From an uncultured Lentisphaerales bacterium (GTDB lineage: Bacteria > Verrucomicrobiota > Lentisphaeria > JABSQK01 > UBA12247): DNA of 64,000 bases. A program made the translations under genes and the position numbers. Under the pieces are notes generated by a model. It did not search any database and was not told where the DNA came from. It saw only the letters and a program-made list of their open reading frames with translations. The stretch covers positions 224,001-288,000 of the forward strand of contig CALSSJ010000010.1 of assembly GCA_943788985.1 (NCBI GenBank). Direction: 5' to 3'. This document shows positions 10,769 to 25,836 of this stretch, piece after piece. Numbering within the stretch: the stretch's first letter is position 1; each line of letters begins with the position of its first letter.

Positions 10769-12001
10769 CTATTGCTGCGGAGGGCGTAGATCCAGGCAAA
10801 CCACCTGGTGCTCGTCACGGAGATAGAGGAGGCCATTGGCAACGACCGGAGGTGCCCACGCGGGGTGGCCCAGGACGTTCTTGCGACGGGAAACTTCCGT
10901 GTAGGCATTCGGCGTCACTTCCAGAAGAGCCACGTGCCCGCGCTCACCGAGGACGATGATGTGCTCTTGGACCATTAGCAAGGTGGATCTTCCCAGCCCG
11001 CGCGGGCTCTTCCAGGCCACGCGACCGTCCTTCGCATCCAGGCAGCGAATGTCCGCCCCAGACTCGTGGCGGCCGTGACAGCCGTAGATGTAACCATCGT
11101 GAAAAATGGGTGTGGCCCAGTGCCCTTCCAATGCAGTTTGCGAGCGCCAGACTTCAGCTGCGGAGTTCGCACCGATGAGTGCGGAGCCGACCTTGTAGGC
11201 CGCTGTGATCAAGAGTGAATCGCCAACCCTGACAGGGGATGCCGCGTTGACGGATTCATTGACCTCCGCTCGAAACGGGTAGGCGCAGACCTCGGTTCCA
11301 TCGGCGATCCCAAGAACACGAAGGTGGCTGCGCGTGAGGCAGGCTAGCGCCGGGGTGCCGGACACGTCCAATGTAATTGGGGTGGCGTAGCTCGCAGCGT
11401 CGTCGGTCGCAGTCCAGAGCGTCTTACCGGTGTGCAACGAAAAAGCCATTACGCCGTGGCCGTCCTTGCCTCCGGCGTTGATCATGACACGGTCGTCGTA
11501 CACAACGGGGGCCGTCCCAGCGCCGAAGAAGTTTTGCGGTACGTTGAACTCCCGATTGACCTCTCGCTCCCAGCGGAGTGAGCCGTCACTGGCTTCGAGA
11601 CAACGCAGCCGACCCTCGGTGCCAAAAATCAACACGAGGTCGCCGTCAACCGTGGGTGAACCGCGCGGACCGTTGCTGTACCCGTAGCGATCCTTGTAGG
11701 TGGTGGCATAGCTGTGGCGCCAGAGGCGTATCCCCGTCTGCGCGTCGAGCGCATCCAGCACCTCCTCGTTGCGCCGCCGGTGAAACACGTACAGCTTGCC
11801 AGCGGCTACCACTGGCGGGCTGTACGAAGAACCGGTCTTGTAGCGCCAGAGGACCGCGGGAGGGTGCTTCTCCCAGTTTAGGTTTAGCTCTGTTTCAGCG
11901 GATACGCCGGTTTGAGCCGGACCTAGAAACCGGGGCCAGTCTGCAGCGGTTGCGAAGTTCGCAAAACACAGCAGGACCATACTGGGGAGGATAGCTTTCA
12001 T
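10769..12001 (-). CDS. PQQ-binding-like beta-propeller protein (PVC type)
   Basis: Signal peptide, 'ADWPRFLGP', repeated 'LDAxTG..LW' blades, 'APPVVANGLLYLRD'. Confidence 0.9.
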   Translation of the reverse strand: MKAILPSMVLLCFANFATAADWPRFLGPAQTGVSAETELNLNWEKHPPAVLWRYKTGSSYSPPVVAAGKLYVFHRRRNEEVLDALDAQTGIRLWRHSYATTYKDRYGYSNGPRGSPTVDGDLVLIFGTEGRLRCLEASDGSLRWEREVNREFNVPQNFFGAGTAPVVYDDRVMINAGGKDGHGVMAFSLHTGKTLWTATDDAASYATPITLDVSGTPALACLTRSHLRVLGIADGTEVCAYPFRAEVNESVNAASPVRVGDSLLITAAYKVGSALIGANSAAEVWRSQTALEGHWATPIFHDGYIYGCHGRHESGADIRCLDAKDGRVAWKSPRGLGRSTLLMVQEHIIVLGERGHVALLEVTPNAYTEVSRRKNVLGHPAWAPPVVANGLLYLRDEHQVVCLDLRPPQQ

Positions 12002-12258
12002 GGTAGCAAGGTGCCGGGATTATCGATAATGTCCAGTGCGGGCTACCAGCGCCTTTCTGAATTTGGCGGATTTCGCAGCTTTTGATCCCTGAGGCCGTTA
12101 TTATGGGTTGGCTAGATGCCGATCAAATTTGCATATAAAGCCCACAGCGACTAAAAAAGGCCGTTTCGTGGCGATTCGCACATCCTTTTTGACGCACGCG
12201 CGTTGTTTTAGATCGTTCATCTTGTAATGTACGCCAACGACTTAGACCATTAATGTGA

Positions 12259-14748
<2,490 letters not shown>

Positions 14749-14810
14749 TCCGACGTCGGCGCAGCTTTTCCCCTATTTTTTAGACTGAGACCCATTCAGC
14801 GAGGCCCCCC

Positions 14811-17471
<2,661 letters not shown>

Positions 17472-17684
17472 AGCGACCTTTATCACTGGCGGTGCTGGCT
17501 CAATGCTTTGCATGGTGGCCTGCTGCGGGCCAGCCAATCCCTGAGGCTGTGACTCAGGCTGTGAGCCGGGCGCTAGCACGTCTCAGTGGAAGGCCTTGGC
17601 TTGGCATGAGCGAGGGGCACGGTTGGGAGGCAGTATTTTCGTCGCGTCTGTGGGATTCTGTACAGGGCAGAGCTTGAGCGTGAA

Positions 17685-19562
17685 ATGTCAGATCTCACAG
17701 TAACTTGCAAAAAGTTCTATTTGCCGCTAAGTGCGATGGCACTGCTCGGGATTGTGATGGGGATTCTCTGCCCGAGTATTCAGGTGGCTGTCGAGCCAGC
17801 CCAAGTTTTGGCGGGAATCGTCGAGTACCCGCGAGATAACCCATTTTACATCTACCAGGCGAAGGTTTGGACGATTCTGCACCAAGTGACGGCGGTGTGG
17901 CTATGGCTAGGGATGTCAGATGATATGGCGTTTCGCATCCTCTCGTGCGTCGGGCCATTTGCCGGGATGCTGGGGATGGCGCTGGTCGTGCGTGCAGTTG
18001 CGCCAGCTCACATGATGATCTGCGTCATACCATTATTCGCCTTTCAGATCGCACGTGGCTGGGGAATGAACTATCCGGTGTTGTTCGCCGGTGCCCCACA
18101 CACCTATGGACTTGTTGGCTCTCAGACTGTGATGCTCTGTTTGGGATTGTTTGCCGCGGGACGACCAAAGCTCGGTGCGGCTCTGCTAGGGGTGCTGCCC
18201 GCTATCCATCCGTCGCTGGGAGTTTGGGCCGGCCTTGTGATTGCAACCGGATATGCGTGGCATGTGCGCGGTCGTTGGCGTCGCATGGTGCCTCTTTTGC
18301 TGCCCTTTGGCTGTGGATGTCTAGTGACGGTAATTAGCCTGACTATACATTTTGGCTTTTTCGCAGACGTTCCGTCGATTTCGGCAGAGGAAGCCAGCAT
18401 TTACCACAGGGCGTGGATCGAGCATTGGGACGGACACCGAAAACCGTTGTCGTGGCTCAAACCCCAGAACGCGGTGCTATTGAGCGGGTTTATTCTATCA
18501 CTGGCCTGGCTCTGCTGCTATCGCCGCAAGATGACGCGCAATGGGGCATTTATCCTGAGGGTTGTTTTCGTCGCGTTCGCAATCGGCATTCCTGCCGTTG
18601 CTATAACGCATATTTCGCCGGAGCGGGTGCCTGTGATTGCAGTCGCGTTGATGCCAACGCGCCCACTGAATATCAGCGTGGTTCTGTATCCGCTATTACT
18701 TATGGGATTTATCTGGCACTTTCGCCGCACGGTAGTGGTCCCCGCCTGGCTGTTTCTGATCGTAGGGTTGGCAGCAACGAAGATTTTTCCGACGCCGATC
18801 GAGTGGGCCTTAGGGACCCCGCTGGTTCTGGTTCTGCTCGCTGTGGTCGATAGAAACAAGTCGTTGCTTGCATTCGGAGTCGGCGCTCTGGCCTTGATTG
18901 GGGCGGTTTCTCTCGGCAGCATCGGCCTACTAATAATTGGCGTGGCTTTGCCGCCAGTTGGCGTTTGGCTGTCTAGGCGACCGTTTTGTACGCGTGCGCT
19001 TCATCATGGAGTTGTGAAGCGGTGGTGGGGGGGGGCACTGACCTTTTGCATGCTGATCATCGCGGTGCGCTTTGCAGTAATCGTTGGGCGCTATTCGATA
19101 TCCGATCATGCTAAGTATGCGGAGCAGATCCGGAGCCCTGCGATTCGTGTCGCAAGATCTCGGGAGGGAGGGCTAGCTCTTGCTCCATCGCTTTACATGG
19201 TGCAACTGGTTACGAGACGACCGGTACCCTTGGATCCCGTCGCGTTGGATGGGTACATCTACGCGATGGAGGGCTGGCCAACTGCCAATCGCTGCATGCG
19301 AGAGTTGTACGGGGTGGACCTGTTGGATCCGCCACCGGGCTTGATTGCGAATGCCTGCGTACCCGAGCAGCCGAGTAGACAGCTTTGGCGAGAGCGCACG
19401 CCGGAGGAATGGCAACGGCTCGGGAAGAAGTATCTCTTTACGGATGTGCTTACGCCTATTGGCTGGAAGCTGAATCTGCCGGTCATTGTTGTAGACGCCC
19501 GGCACGTGCTTTACGCAGTTCCGGATTCGGTTAGGCCAAGGTTACCTGCGGCGGCCGAGTAA
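17685..19562 (+). CDS. Polytopic membrane protein, possible GT-C-fold glycosyltransferase
   Basis: More than 10 hydrophobic segments and a soluble C-terminal domain; converges on and overlaps the sugar operon. The function is inferred from context only. Confidence 0.6.
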   Translation: MSDLTVTCKKFYLPLSAMALLGIVMGILCPSIQVAVEPAQVLAGIVEYPRDNPFYIYQAKVWTILHQVTAVWLWLGMSDDMAFRILSCVGPFAGMLGMALVVRAVAPAHMMICVIPLFAFQIARGWGMNYPVLFAGAPHTYGLVGSQTVMLCLGLFAAGRPKLGAALLGVLPAIHPSLGVWAGLVIATGYAWHVRGRWRRMVPLLLPFGCGCLVTVISLTIHFGFFADVPSISAEEASIYHRAWIEHWDGHRKPLSWLKPQNAVLLSGFILSLAWLCCYRRKMTRNGAFILRVVFVAFAIGIPAVAITHISPERVPVIAVALMPTRPLNISVVLYPLLLMGFIWHFRRTVVVPAWLFLIVGLAATKIFPTPIEWALGTPLVLVLLAVVDRNKSLLAFGVGALALIGAVSLGSIGLLIIGVALPPVGVWLSRRPFCTRALHHGVVKRWWGGALTFCMLIIAVRFAVIVGRYSISDHAKYAEQIRSPAIRVARSREGGLALAPSLYMVQLVTRRPVPLDPVALDGYIYAMEGWPTANRCMRELYGVDLLDPPPGLIANACVPEQPSRQLWRERTPEEWQRLGKKYLFTDVLTPIGWKLNLPVIVVDARHVLYAVPDSVRPRLPAAAE

Positions 19563-20532
19563 TAATGGTCGTCCCGGTGGAGCTTACAGCAATCGGAATC
19601 TCAATCAGCTCATTCAGGCCGCTCCGTACAGATTCCCGGTGCGAAGGCGCGACAAACAGCAACAGAAAACCGCCGCCGCCAGCACCACAGAGTTTGCCGC
19701 CGAGGGCGCCGGCTTCCCGAGCGCGTGAATAGAGCTTGTCGATCTCCGGCGTGGAAATGCGATCACTGATTTTTCTTTTCAACTGCCATGATTCGTGCAG
19801 GAGGCTTCCGAAGTCTGAGAGTGAGGAGTCTCTGTCGGTAAGAATTCTGGTCGCAGTGTCCACCATGCCGCGCATGGTATGGAGAGTCTGGGCTTTCGCC
19901 TCGAGATCTCCCACATAAGCTTGGGCAATCGTGGAAGCGGTTCGCGAGAGACCGGTGAAGAACATCATAAGATGCCCCTGAAACGCCTCGAGTCGATTCA
20001 TAGACAACTGGAGCGGGTGTACGTCAAAGCCACCGTCTGGTGCGAACTCGATGCGATTCAGTCCGCCATAAGCGGCGGCGATTTGGTCCTGGATGCCGAC
20101 GGTCTCGCCCATCACCACGTGCTCAAGGTAGATACTTTCCTTTGCCAGCTCGCGCACACTCAGGTCCCGGCCGCGCATGGTATGGAGGCAGTTTAGCAGG
20201 CCGACTGTGAAGGACGAGCTGGAGCCAATTCCGCTGCGGGCCGGTAGGTCCCCGCTGTGCTGAATCTCCACGCCGTAGTCGACTTCCAGATGGCGCAGAC
20301 ACCCTTCAACGGCTGGATGCTCGATCTCTGAGTTATCGTTCACAAGCTCGATATGCGACCAGACAATCCGCGACCGATGTGCGAAAAACGGCGGAAGTTG
20401 GCGACAAGTGATGTAGCAGTATTTGTCGATAGCTGTCGACAGTACCGCACCACCATGCTTCCCAAACCAGGCGGGGTAGTCCGTCCCACCGCCAAAAAAT
20501 GAGACGCGATACGGCGTGCGGCTGATAATCAT
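19531..20532 (-). CDS. hddA: GHMP kinase, HddA-like heptose-7-phosphate kinase
   Basis: 'SRTPYRVSFFGGGTD', 'PARSGIGSSSS', 'GIQDQ', 'GGKLCGAGGGG'. Confidence 0.85.
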   Translation of the reverse strand: MIISRTPYRVSFFGGGTDYPAWFGKHGGAVLSTAIDKYCYITCRQLPPFFAHRSRIVWSHIELVNDNSEIEHPAVEGCLRHLEVDYGVEIQHSGDLPARSGIGSSSSFTVGLLNCLHTMRGRDLSVRELAKESIYLEHVVMGETVGIQDQIAAAYGGLNRIEFAPDGGFDVHPLQLSMNRLEAFQGHLMMFFTGLSRTASTIAQAYVGDLEAKAQTLHTMRGMVDTATRILTDRDSSLSDFGSLLHESWQLKRKISDRISTPEIDKLYSRAREAGALGGKLCGAGGGGFLLLFVAPSHRESVRSGLNELIEIPIAVSSTGTTIITRPPQVTLA

Positions 20533-21464
20533 CAGACGTTCTTGTAGTCAAATGGCATCACGCCAAATGCACACCGCAGCTCGACAATTCCATCATCGAG
20601 TGAGCGCTTGGCCTCGAAGCCGGCTTCACGGAGGCGTGCATTCGAGACGATGTAGTTACGCTTATCAGGGTCTTCGCCAATGGGCGCATGGTGGATCACA
20701 AAACCGGGAATGTGCGCGCGAATGGCCTCTGCTAGCTCGGTCTTGGAAAGATTGGCGTCATCGAGTCCTGCGTTGTAGCAATGGCCGACCATTTTGTCGC
20801 GGTTGGTGATGCAATGAAGGAAGGCATCTGCTACGTCGCGGATGTGGATGTAGTTTCGCTTGAAGTGGCCTTCGAAAATCACGACGTAGCGGTCTGTGCA
20901 GGCAGCGTAGGTGAAATGATTCACCAGCAAGTCGAGCCGCATTCGGCTCGAGCTGCCGAACACGGTGGCGAGGCGCAGCGTGATCGCGTTCTCAGCTTCG
21001 AGCAGCAGCAATTCGGCATTCACCTTTGTCTTGCCGTAAAGTGTGATGGGCTCGAGCGGACTGTCTTCCGTACACACCACTTCGCCGCTCTTAGTGCCGT
21101 AGCCGCTATTCGTATTGGGGTAGACCACCAGCTGGTTTGAGCTGCGTCGGTCGTTGAGGTCGCGAATGGCGTCGAAGTTAGTCGTCTCCGCCGCAACCGG
21201 CTGCCGCGCGCAGGCACCAGCGCCAACAATGGCTGCCAGCGGGATTAGCACATCGGCCTTGGCGATGAGAGGCCCGACCACACCCATGTCGCGGGCATCA
21301 GCGCGGATGAAATCGAAATTGGGGTCATGACAGAGATGCAATAGGCTGGGCACGCGGTGTAGCAGCAGGTCCACAGCGGTGACTTTGTATCCTTCGGCCA
21401 GCAGTTGTTCGCATAGAACGGATCCTAAAAATCCGCCAGCGCCAGTTACCAAAACGTGTGTCAT
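20532..21464 (-). CDS. NAD-dependent epimerase/dehydratase (extended SDR)
   Basis: 'VTGAGGFLG', 'YGKTK' (YxxxK), 'LRLATVFG'. Confidence 0.9.
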   Translation of the reverse strand: MTHVLVTGAGGFLGSVLCEQLLAEGYKVTAVDLLLHRVPSLLHLCHDPNFDFIRADARDMGVVGPLIAKADVLIPLAAIVGAGACARQPVAAETTNFDAIRDLNDRRSSNQLVVYPNTNSGYGTKSGEVVCTEDSPLEPITLYGKTKVNAELLLLEAENAITLRLATVFGSSSRMRLDLLVNHFTYAACTDRYVVIFEGHFKRNYIHIRDVADAFLHCITNRDKMVGHCYNAGLDDANLSKTELAEAIRAHIPGFVIHHAPIGEDPDKRNYIVSNARLREAGFEAKRSLDDGIVELRCAFGVMPFDYKNV

Positions 21465-21480
21465 AATGAACTCCTCTGCG

Positions 21481-22206
21481 TTATGATTCGAATTGTTCTA
21501 AAAACCTACCCGCCGAAGCATAACTCTCCGGCGTGCCAATGTCCAGAAACTCCCCCTCCGTTTCACACCCTGCAAGCCGGCCGTCGAGCCATTCCGGGAA
21601 GATGGCTCGCTCCAGACTGAATGGCGCAGCGAGCGTGACGTCGTCTAATGCATCGCGCTCAAACAGGTAGACGCCAGCGTTGACCAAGGCGGGCCCGGCA
21701 GGCGACTCACTCTTCTCGATAAACGCCCGTACGTTAGAGCCGTCGAGTTCTACCACACCATAGCGATCTGGCTGCGGATGGCGGATCAGGGTCAGAGTTG
21801 CGCGCTGTTTTCCCGTGCTATGCTGGGCGATCGCCGCAGCGCTGGACGCCGTGCAAATCGAGTCTCCATTGCAGACCAGGCAGGTTTGTGATCTGACCTG
21901 CTGCAAGGCTGCCTGAACGGCTCCGCCCGTGCCCAGCGGGGTTTGCTCCTGGATGTAGGTGATCTCGACATTCCAATCGGCGCCGGTCTTGAAATGGTCA
22001 CTCACCCAATCGCCGCGGTAGCCGAGACTGAAGACGAAGCGTCGAATTCCCTCGTGGCGCAGCTTGATCAGCAGCCATTCGACAAACGGCCGACCGCGAA
22101 CGTCGGCCATTGGCTTGGGGCGATCGGCCACCACGGCACGTAAGCGCGTACCGAGCCCGCCCACCAGGATTACTGCCTCGGAGACAGTCGAACAAGAGTC
22201 AGTCAT
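21481..22206 (-). CDS. Sugar-1-phosphate nucleotidyltransferase, HddC-like
   Basis: 'LVGGLGTRL', 'PKPMA', 'PLGTGG', 'FLDIGTPE'; ATG 22206 overlaps the upstream stop. Confidence 0.88.
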   Translation of the reverse strand: MTDSCSTVSEAVILVGGLGTRLRAVVADRPKPMADVRGRPFVEWLLIKLRHEGIRRFVFSLGYRGDWVSDHFKTGADWNVEITYIQEQTPLGTGGAVQAALQQVRSQTCLVCNGDSICTASSAAAIAQHSTGKQRATLTLIRHPQPDRYGVVELDGSNVRAFIEKSESPAGPALVNAGVYLFERDALDDVTLAAPFSLERAIFPEWLDGRLAGCETEGEFLDIGTPESYASAGRFLEQFES

Positions 22207-23155
22207 CGAAGCCAATAGTGTCCGCAATGATAAAGTTTGGGCGCCGACGCACATCATCGAAGACGCGTGCGATGTAGAGGGAGGCAATACCAATAAAGAA
22301 AAGCTGCACGGCCATGGATGCGCTCAGCCCCCAAGCGAGCCACCACGTGCCGGAAACGCTGTGCCCAGACAGAGATAAGCCGATCAGAACCAACAATCCG
22401 AGTAGCGACCCCAGGCACAGAAACAAGGAAAGGATCGACGACACGAATAGCGGAAACATGGAGTAGGACGTGAGCCCGAGGATCAATGTCTTGAGCGGAT
22501 TGATCGTTGCTAAAATTGGGAAATGAGTAATTCCCCCTGCACGCGCTTCGCGAACATACTTGACCTCGTCTTGGCGGTAGCCTACCCAGGCGACCATGCC
22601 GCGAAGATATGGATTTCGCTCTCGCAGATCAAGGATGTGACCGACGACGCGGCGCGACAGCAGCTTGAAATCTCCTGCATCGACCGGAATCTGGACGGAT
22701 GATATCTTCCGGATCATGCGATAGGCAAAGTAGGTGATGGCCAGCTTAACTGGATTCTCGCCTTCTCGTCGCGACCGCACCGTATGCACTACATCAGCGC
22801 CGTCCTGCCACCGTTCGATTAGTTTAGGGATCAACTCCGGTGGGTCCTGTAGGTCGGAATCCATATACACTACAGCGTCACCGGTCGCGTACGAAAACCC
22901 GGCAAGAACACACTCAGCCACGCCTGTGCGGCGCGCTGTGCTGATCACCTTTACGCCAGCATCTTTGGCGTTTGCTTCTTGCAGTAGCCTCAGGGAGTCA
23001 TCGGTAGAGTCATCGTTCACGAAAACCATTTCGTAGCGCGCAGTACAGTCTTTAAACGCACGCTGAACGCGCTCGATAAGCAGCGGGATGACGTCCGCTT
23101 CGTTGCGAAACGAAAATACGATGCTGATCAGGGGATCCGGATGACGCTCAGGCAT
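22199..23155 (-). CDS. GT2, GtrB/ArnC-like polyprenol-phosphate glycosyltransferase
   Basis: 'FVNDDSTD', 'MDSDLQDPP', 'DAGDFKL', two C-terminal TM helices. Confidence 0.9.
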   Translation of the reverse strand: MPERHPDPLISIVFSFRNEADVIPLLIERVQRAFKDCTARYEMVFVNDDSTDDSLRLLQEANAKDAGVKVISTARRTGVAECVLAGFSYATGDAVVYMDSDLQDPPELIPKLIERWQDGADVVHTVRSRREGENPVKLAITYFAYRMIRKISSVQIPVDAGDFKLLSRRVVGHILDLRERNPYLRGMVAWVGYRQDEVKYVREARAGGITHFPILATINPLKTLILGLTSYSMFPLFVSSILSLFLCLGSLLGLLVLIGLSLSGHSVSGTWWLAWGLSASMAVQLFFIGIASLYIARVFDDVRRRPNFIIADTIGFDD

Positions 23156-24647
23156 TATCTCGCTTCAGGCGCTGTACAGCCATGTTGTTAATTGACGCAA
23201 CCGTGTCCGCCCCAAACGTTTCGTGAATCATGTTCAGATAGGTTGGGTTGCTGTAGTACTCGTGAAACGCGTCGTCACGAAAACGTAGCACGTCACCGGC
23301 ACTCACGTGCTTGGTGGCAAGCGGGAGCGAATCGACAGAATGCTGCGAGTAACCGGACCAACTCTTGGGGAGGGGGAGCCCTTCCTTTATCGCGTGGTCA
23401 TACAATGGCGATCCAGGATAGGCCATCGCGCAATAGAAGTTGCCAAACTCGCAGTTAAGCTCCATCGCGAGGTCCAGTGTCTCCTGCATGGAAGCCAAGT
23501 CGTCTTCTGGCAGCCCGAAGATGTAGTTACCGATGATGTATATTCCGTGGCTTCTGGTCAGCGCGAGCGTCTCGCGAATCGCATCTTGGTCGATGCCCTT
23601 ATCGACGTCCTTACGGACTTTGCTGTTTCCGGACTCAATGCCGAAGGCCAGCCAGTTAAACCCTGCAGCCTTAAGTTTGTCGAGCATCTCGGGTTTGACC
23701 GTGTCGACACGGGAGTATGCCCAAATATTGAGATCGTAGCCGCGCTCGATGATCAGGTCGCAGAGCCCGATGACGTGGTGCTTGTTGAGCACGAACATCT
23801 CGTCGGCCATCTTGATGTTGCGTACGCCGTACTGATTCACCAAGATATCAAGCTGGCTGCCGATCTGCTCGACGCTCCAGCGGCGGTAGGTGTTCACTTT
23901 CTCTTTGTACCCAGCCAGCTTTTCGCCTTCCTTGAACGGCGCCTGAATGCAGCAAAAGCTGCATTTATAGGGGCAGCCCAGCGTCGTATACATGGCTACG
24001 TACGGCGCACGATCCAGTTCTCCGAGGCAATGCCAATTGTGGGCGCGATAGAGGTCCATCGGCAGCAGGTCCCAAGCGATTCCGGGCATCTCGACGTCCA
24101 AGTTCTGTAGGAGCGGCGCTCCGAGATTCTGCTGAATCTCGTCGCCGTCGTGGTAAATCAAACCGCGAACCTTGTCGAGTCGCGGCGCAGCGCTGTCTAG
24201 CGCCGCCAGGAGATCGACCAGCGTAACGACACCTTCACCAGTGCCGACAAAGTCTGCCACTGTTTCGTCGAAACTACGGCGCGGTAAGGCCGCGGCGTGG
24301 CCACCTAGCACGATGATTTTCTGGTCAGGAGTGTTGTCTTTGATTGTTTCACAGACCTGGATAGCACCAGGCATGACTTGGGTCGCTGCGGATGGCTGTT
24401 GCCCATAGACGACAACGGCAACCAGCTTGGGATTTAGGGCTTCGACCCGTTCGGCTGTGGCCTGCGGCGTGAGTGCCTCGGCACAGGAATCGATGATCGC
24501 AACACTGTGCCCATGGCCGCGCGCGTAGGTGGCCATCAAGCCAGCCCAGACAGGCGGCTCAATTGCGCTCAGCGTTTTACCAAGTGATTGGTAGATCTGC
24601 TCGCGGTTTGCCGGGTTAATCAATACCAGGTCGATCTGCGCTGCCAT
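23148..24647 (-). CDS. Cobalamin-dependent (class B) radical SAM enzyme
   Basis: N-terminal B12-binding-like domain, CxxxCxxC 'GCPYKCSFC', 'FGIESG', 'YIFGLPED'. Confidence 0.9.
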   Translation of the reverse strand: MAAQIDLVLINPANREQIYQSLGKTLSAIEPPVWAGLMATYARGHGHSVAIIDSCAEALTPQATAERVEALNPKLVAVVVYGQQPSAATQVMPGAIQVCETIKDNTPDQKIIVLGGHAAALPRRSFDETVADFVGTGEGVVTLVDLLAALDSAAPRLDKVRGLIYHDGDEIQQNLGAPLLQNLDVEMPGIAWDLLPMDLYRAHNWHCLGELDRAPYVAMYTTLGCPYKCSFCCIQAPFKEGEKLAGYKEKVNTYRRWSVEQIGSQLDILVNQYGVRNIKMADEMFVLNKHHVIGLCDLIIERGYDLNIWAYSRVDTVKPEMLDKLKAAGFNWLAFGIESGNSKVRKDVDKGIDQDAIRETLALTRSHGIYIIGNYIFGLPEDDLASMQETLDLAMELNCEFGNFYCAMAYPGSPLYDHAIKEGLPLPKSWSGYSQHSVDSLPLATKHVSAGDVLRFRDDAFHEYYSNPTYLNMIHETFGADTVASINNMAVQRLKRDNA

Positions 24648-24650
24648 TCT

Positions 24651-25836
24651 CTACACCTCTTCTCTGCCCAATTCGTTCAAATGCTCGCACAATCGGTCAA
24701 TCCTGGCCGGGTCCAGGCCAGGATAGTTCCCGATATAAAAACCAAAACTGTGGACATGCTCGACGTTCGGGAAATCCTCTGGTCTTGTGTCCGGGCACGC
24801 GCGCCGCACGAATGGCTGACGCACTTGATTGCCACCCCCGGACATCCCGCGCCGAAATTCGACGCCAAGATCGTTCAGGCAAGTGATCACTCGTTGCAGT
24901 AGGGCCTCGTCTGGTTGTTTCAGCAGCAGAGTAAGGGCGTAGTTGCAGCTGCCCTCCGCGGCAAAGTCCGTCACATAAAAATCGCTGGACAGGCTGGCCA
25001 GAAAGCGCGCTAGATTGTCCCGACGGGTCTGGTTATTCTCGTCCAGCCTCTTTAACTGCGAGCGGCCTAGCACGCCACAGAGCTCGTTGCTCCGCACGTT
25101 TACGCCAGCGTATGAAAAAATAAACTCGGGATGAAGGTCTGGGTACTCCGCGGCCCCAGCGCGAGCGAATCTCGGGGTCCGTCGCCTCACGCACCATTCC
25201 ATGGGAGCGTAGCATGCGCAACATCTGGTAGAGGTCCACATCATCCGTGCCGACGAAGCCGCCCTCAATCGTGCTCATGTGATGCGCAAAATAGAAGGAA
25301 AAGTTACTGGCCCAACCATGCGCTCCCACCTTACGGCCAGCGAATTCCGCGCCATGAGATTCACAACAATCCTCGATCAGCACCACATCGTTGTCTGCAC
25401 ACAGCTCCAGCAGCTCGTGTGACAGCGCGTTGTAGCCGAGAACGTGGGTCAGGAATACCGCTCGAGTCTCTGGCGTGATCGCTGCCGCGACTGCATCTAC
25501 TGCCATTCCCAGCGTGTGCAGATCGATGTCCACAAATACCGGACGCATGCCCACGTGTAGCACAGATGCGATATCGCTGCTCCAAGTCAGGGTAGGCACG
25601 ATCACCTCTCCGTCGCCGAACTGCTCACGCACGGCCAGCATCGTCAACAGGTTGGCGGATGAGCCAGAATTGACCATCAGCCCGTATTTGCAGCCCACCC
25701 AGGCCGCGAACTCCTGCTCGAACAGGCTGACTTCTTCGCCTTGTGTCAGGCGGGAGTCTGGGTCGGATAAGTGGGCAATCAACGCCAGACGGTCGTCGGC
25801 GGAGATGCAGTTATTCATCAGCGGCCAGTCTGGCAT
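24651..25836 (-). CDS. ColD/RfbH-like PLP-dependent 3-dehydratase (DegT family), split by a +1 frameshift near 25154-25157
   Basis: 'VNSGSSANL', 'IEDCCESHG', 'SFYFAHHMSTIEGG' (His in place of Lys). Removing one base from the C4 run joins the two ORFs as ...RWAAEYPDL... Confidence 0.85.

Noticed and set aside
17596..17611. GG-N10-GC sigma54-like site before the membrane-protein gene
   Set aside because: Poor flanks (TGGCTT...GAGC); likely chance.
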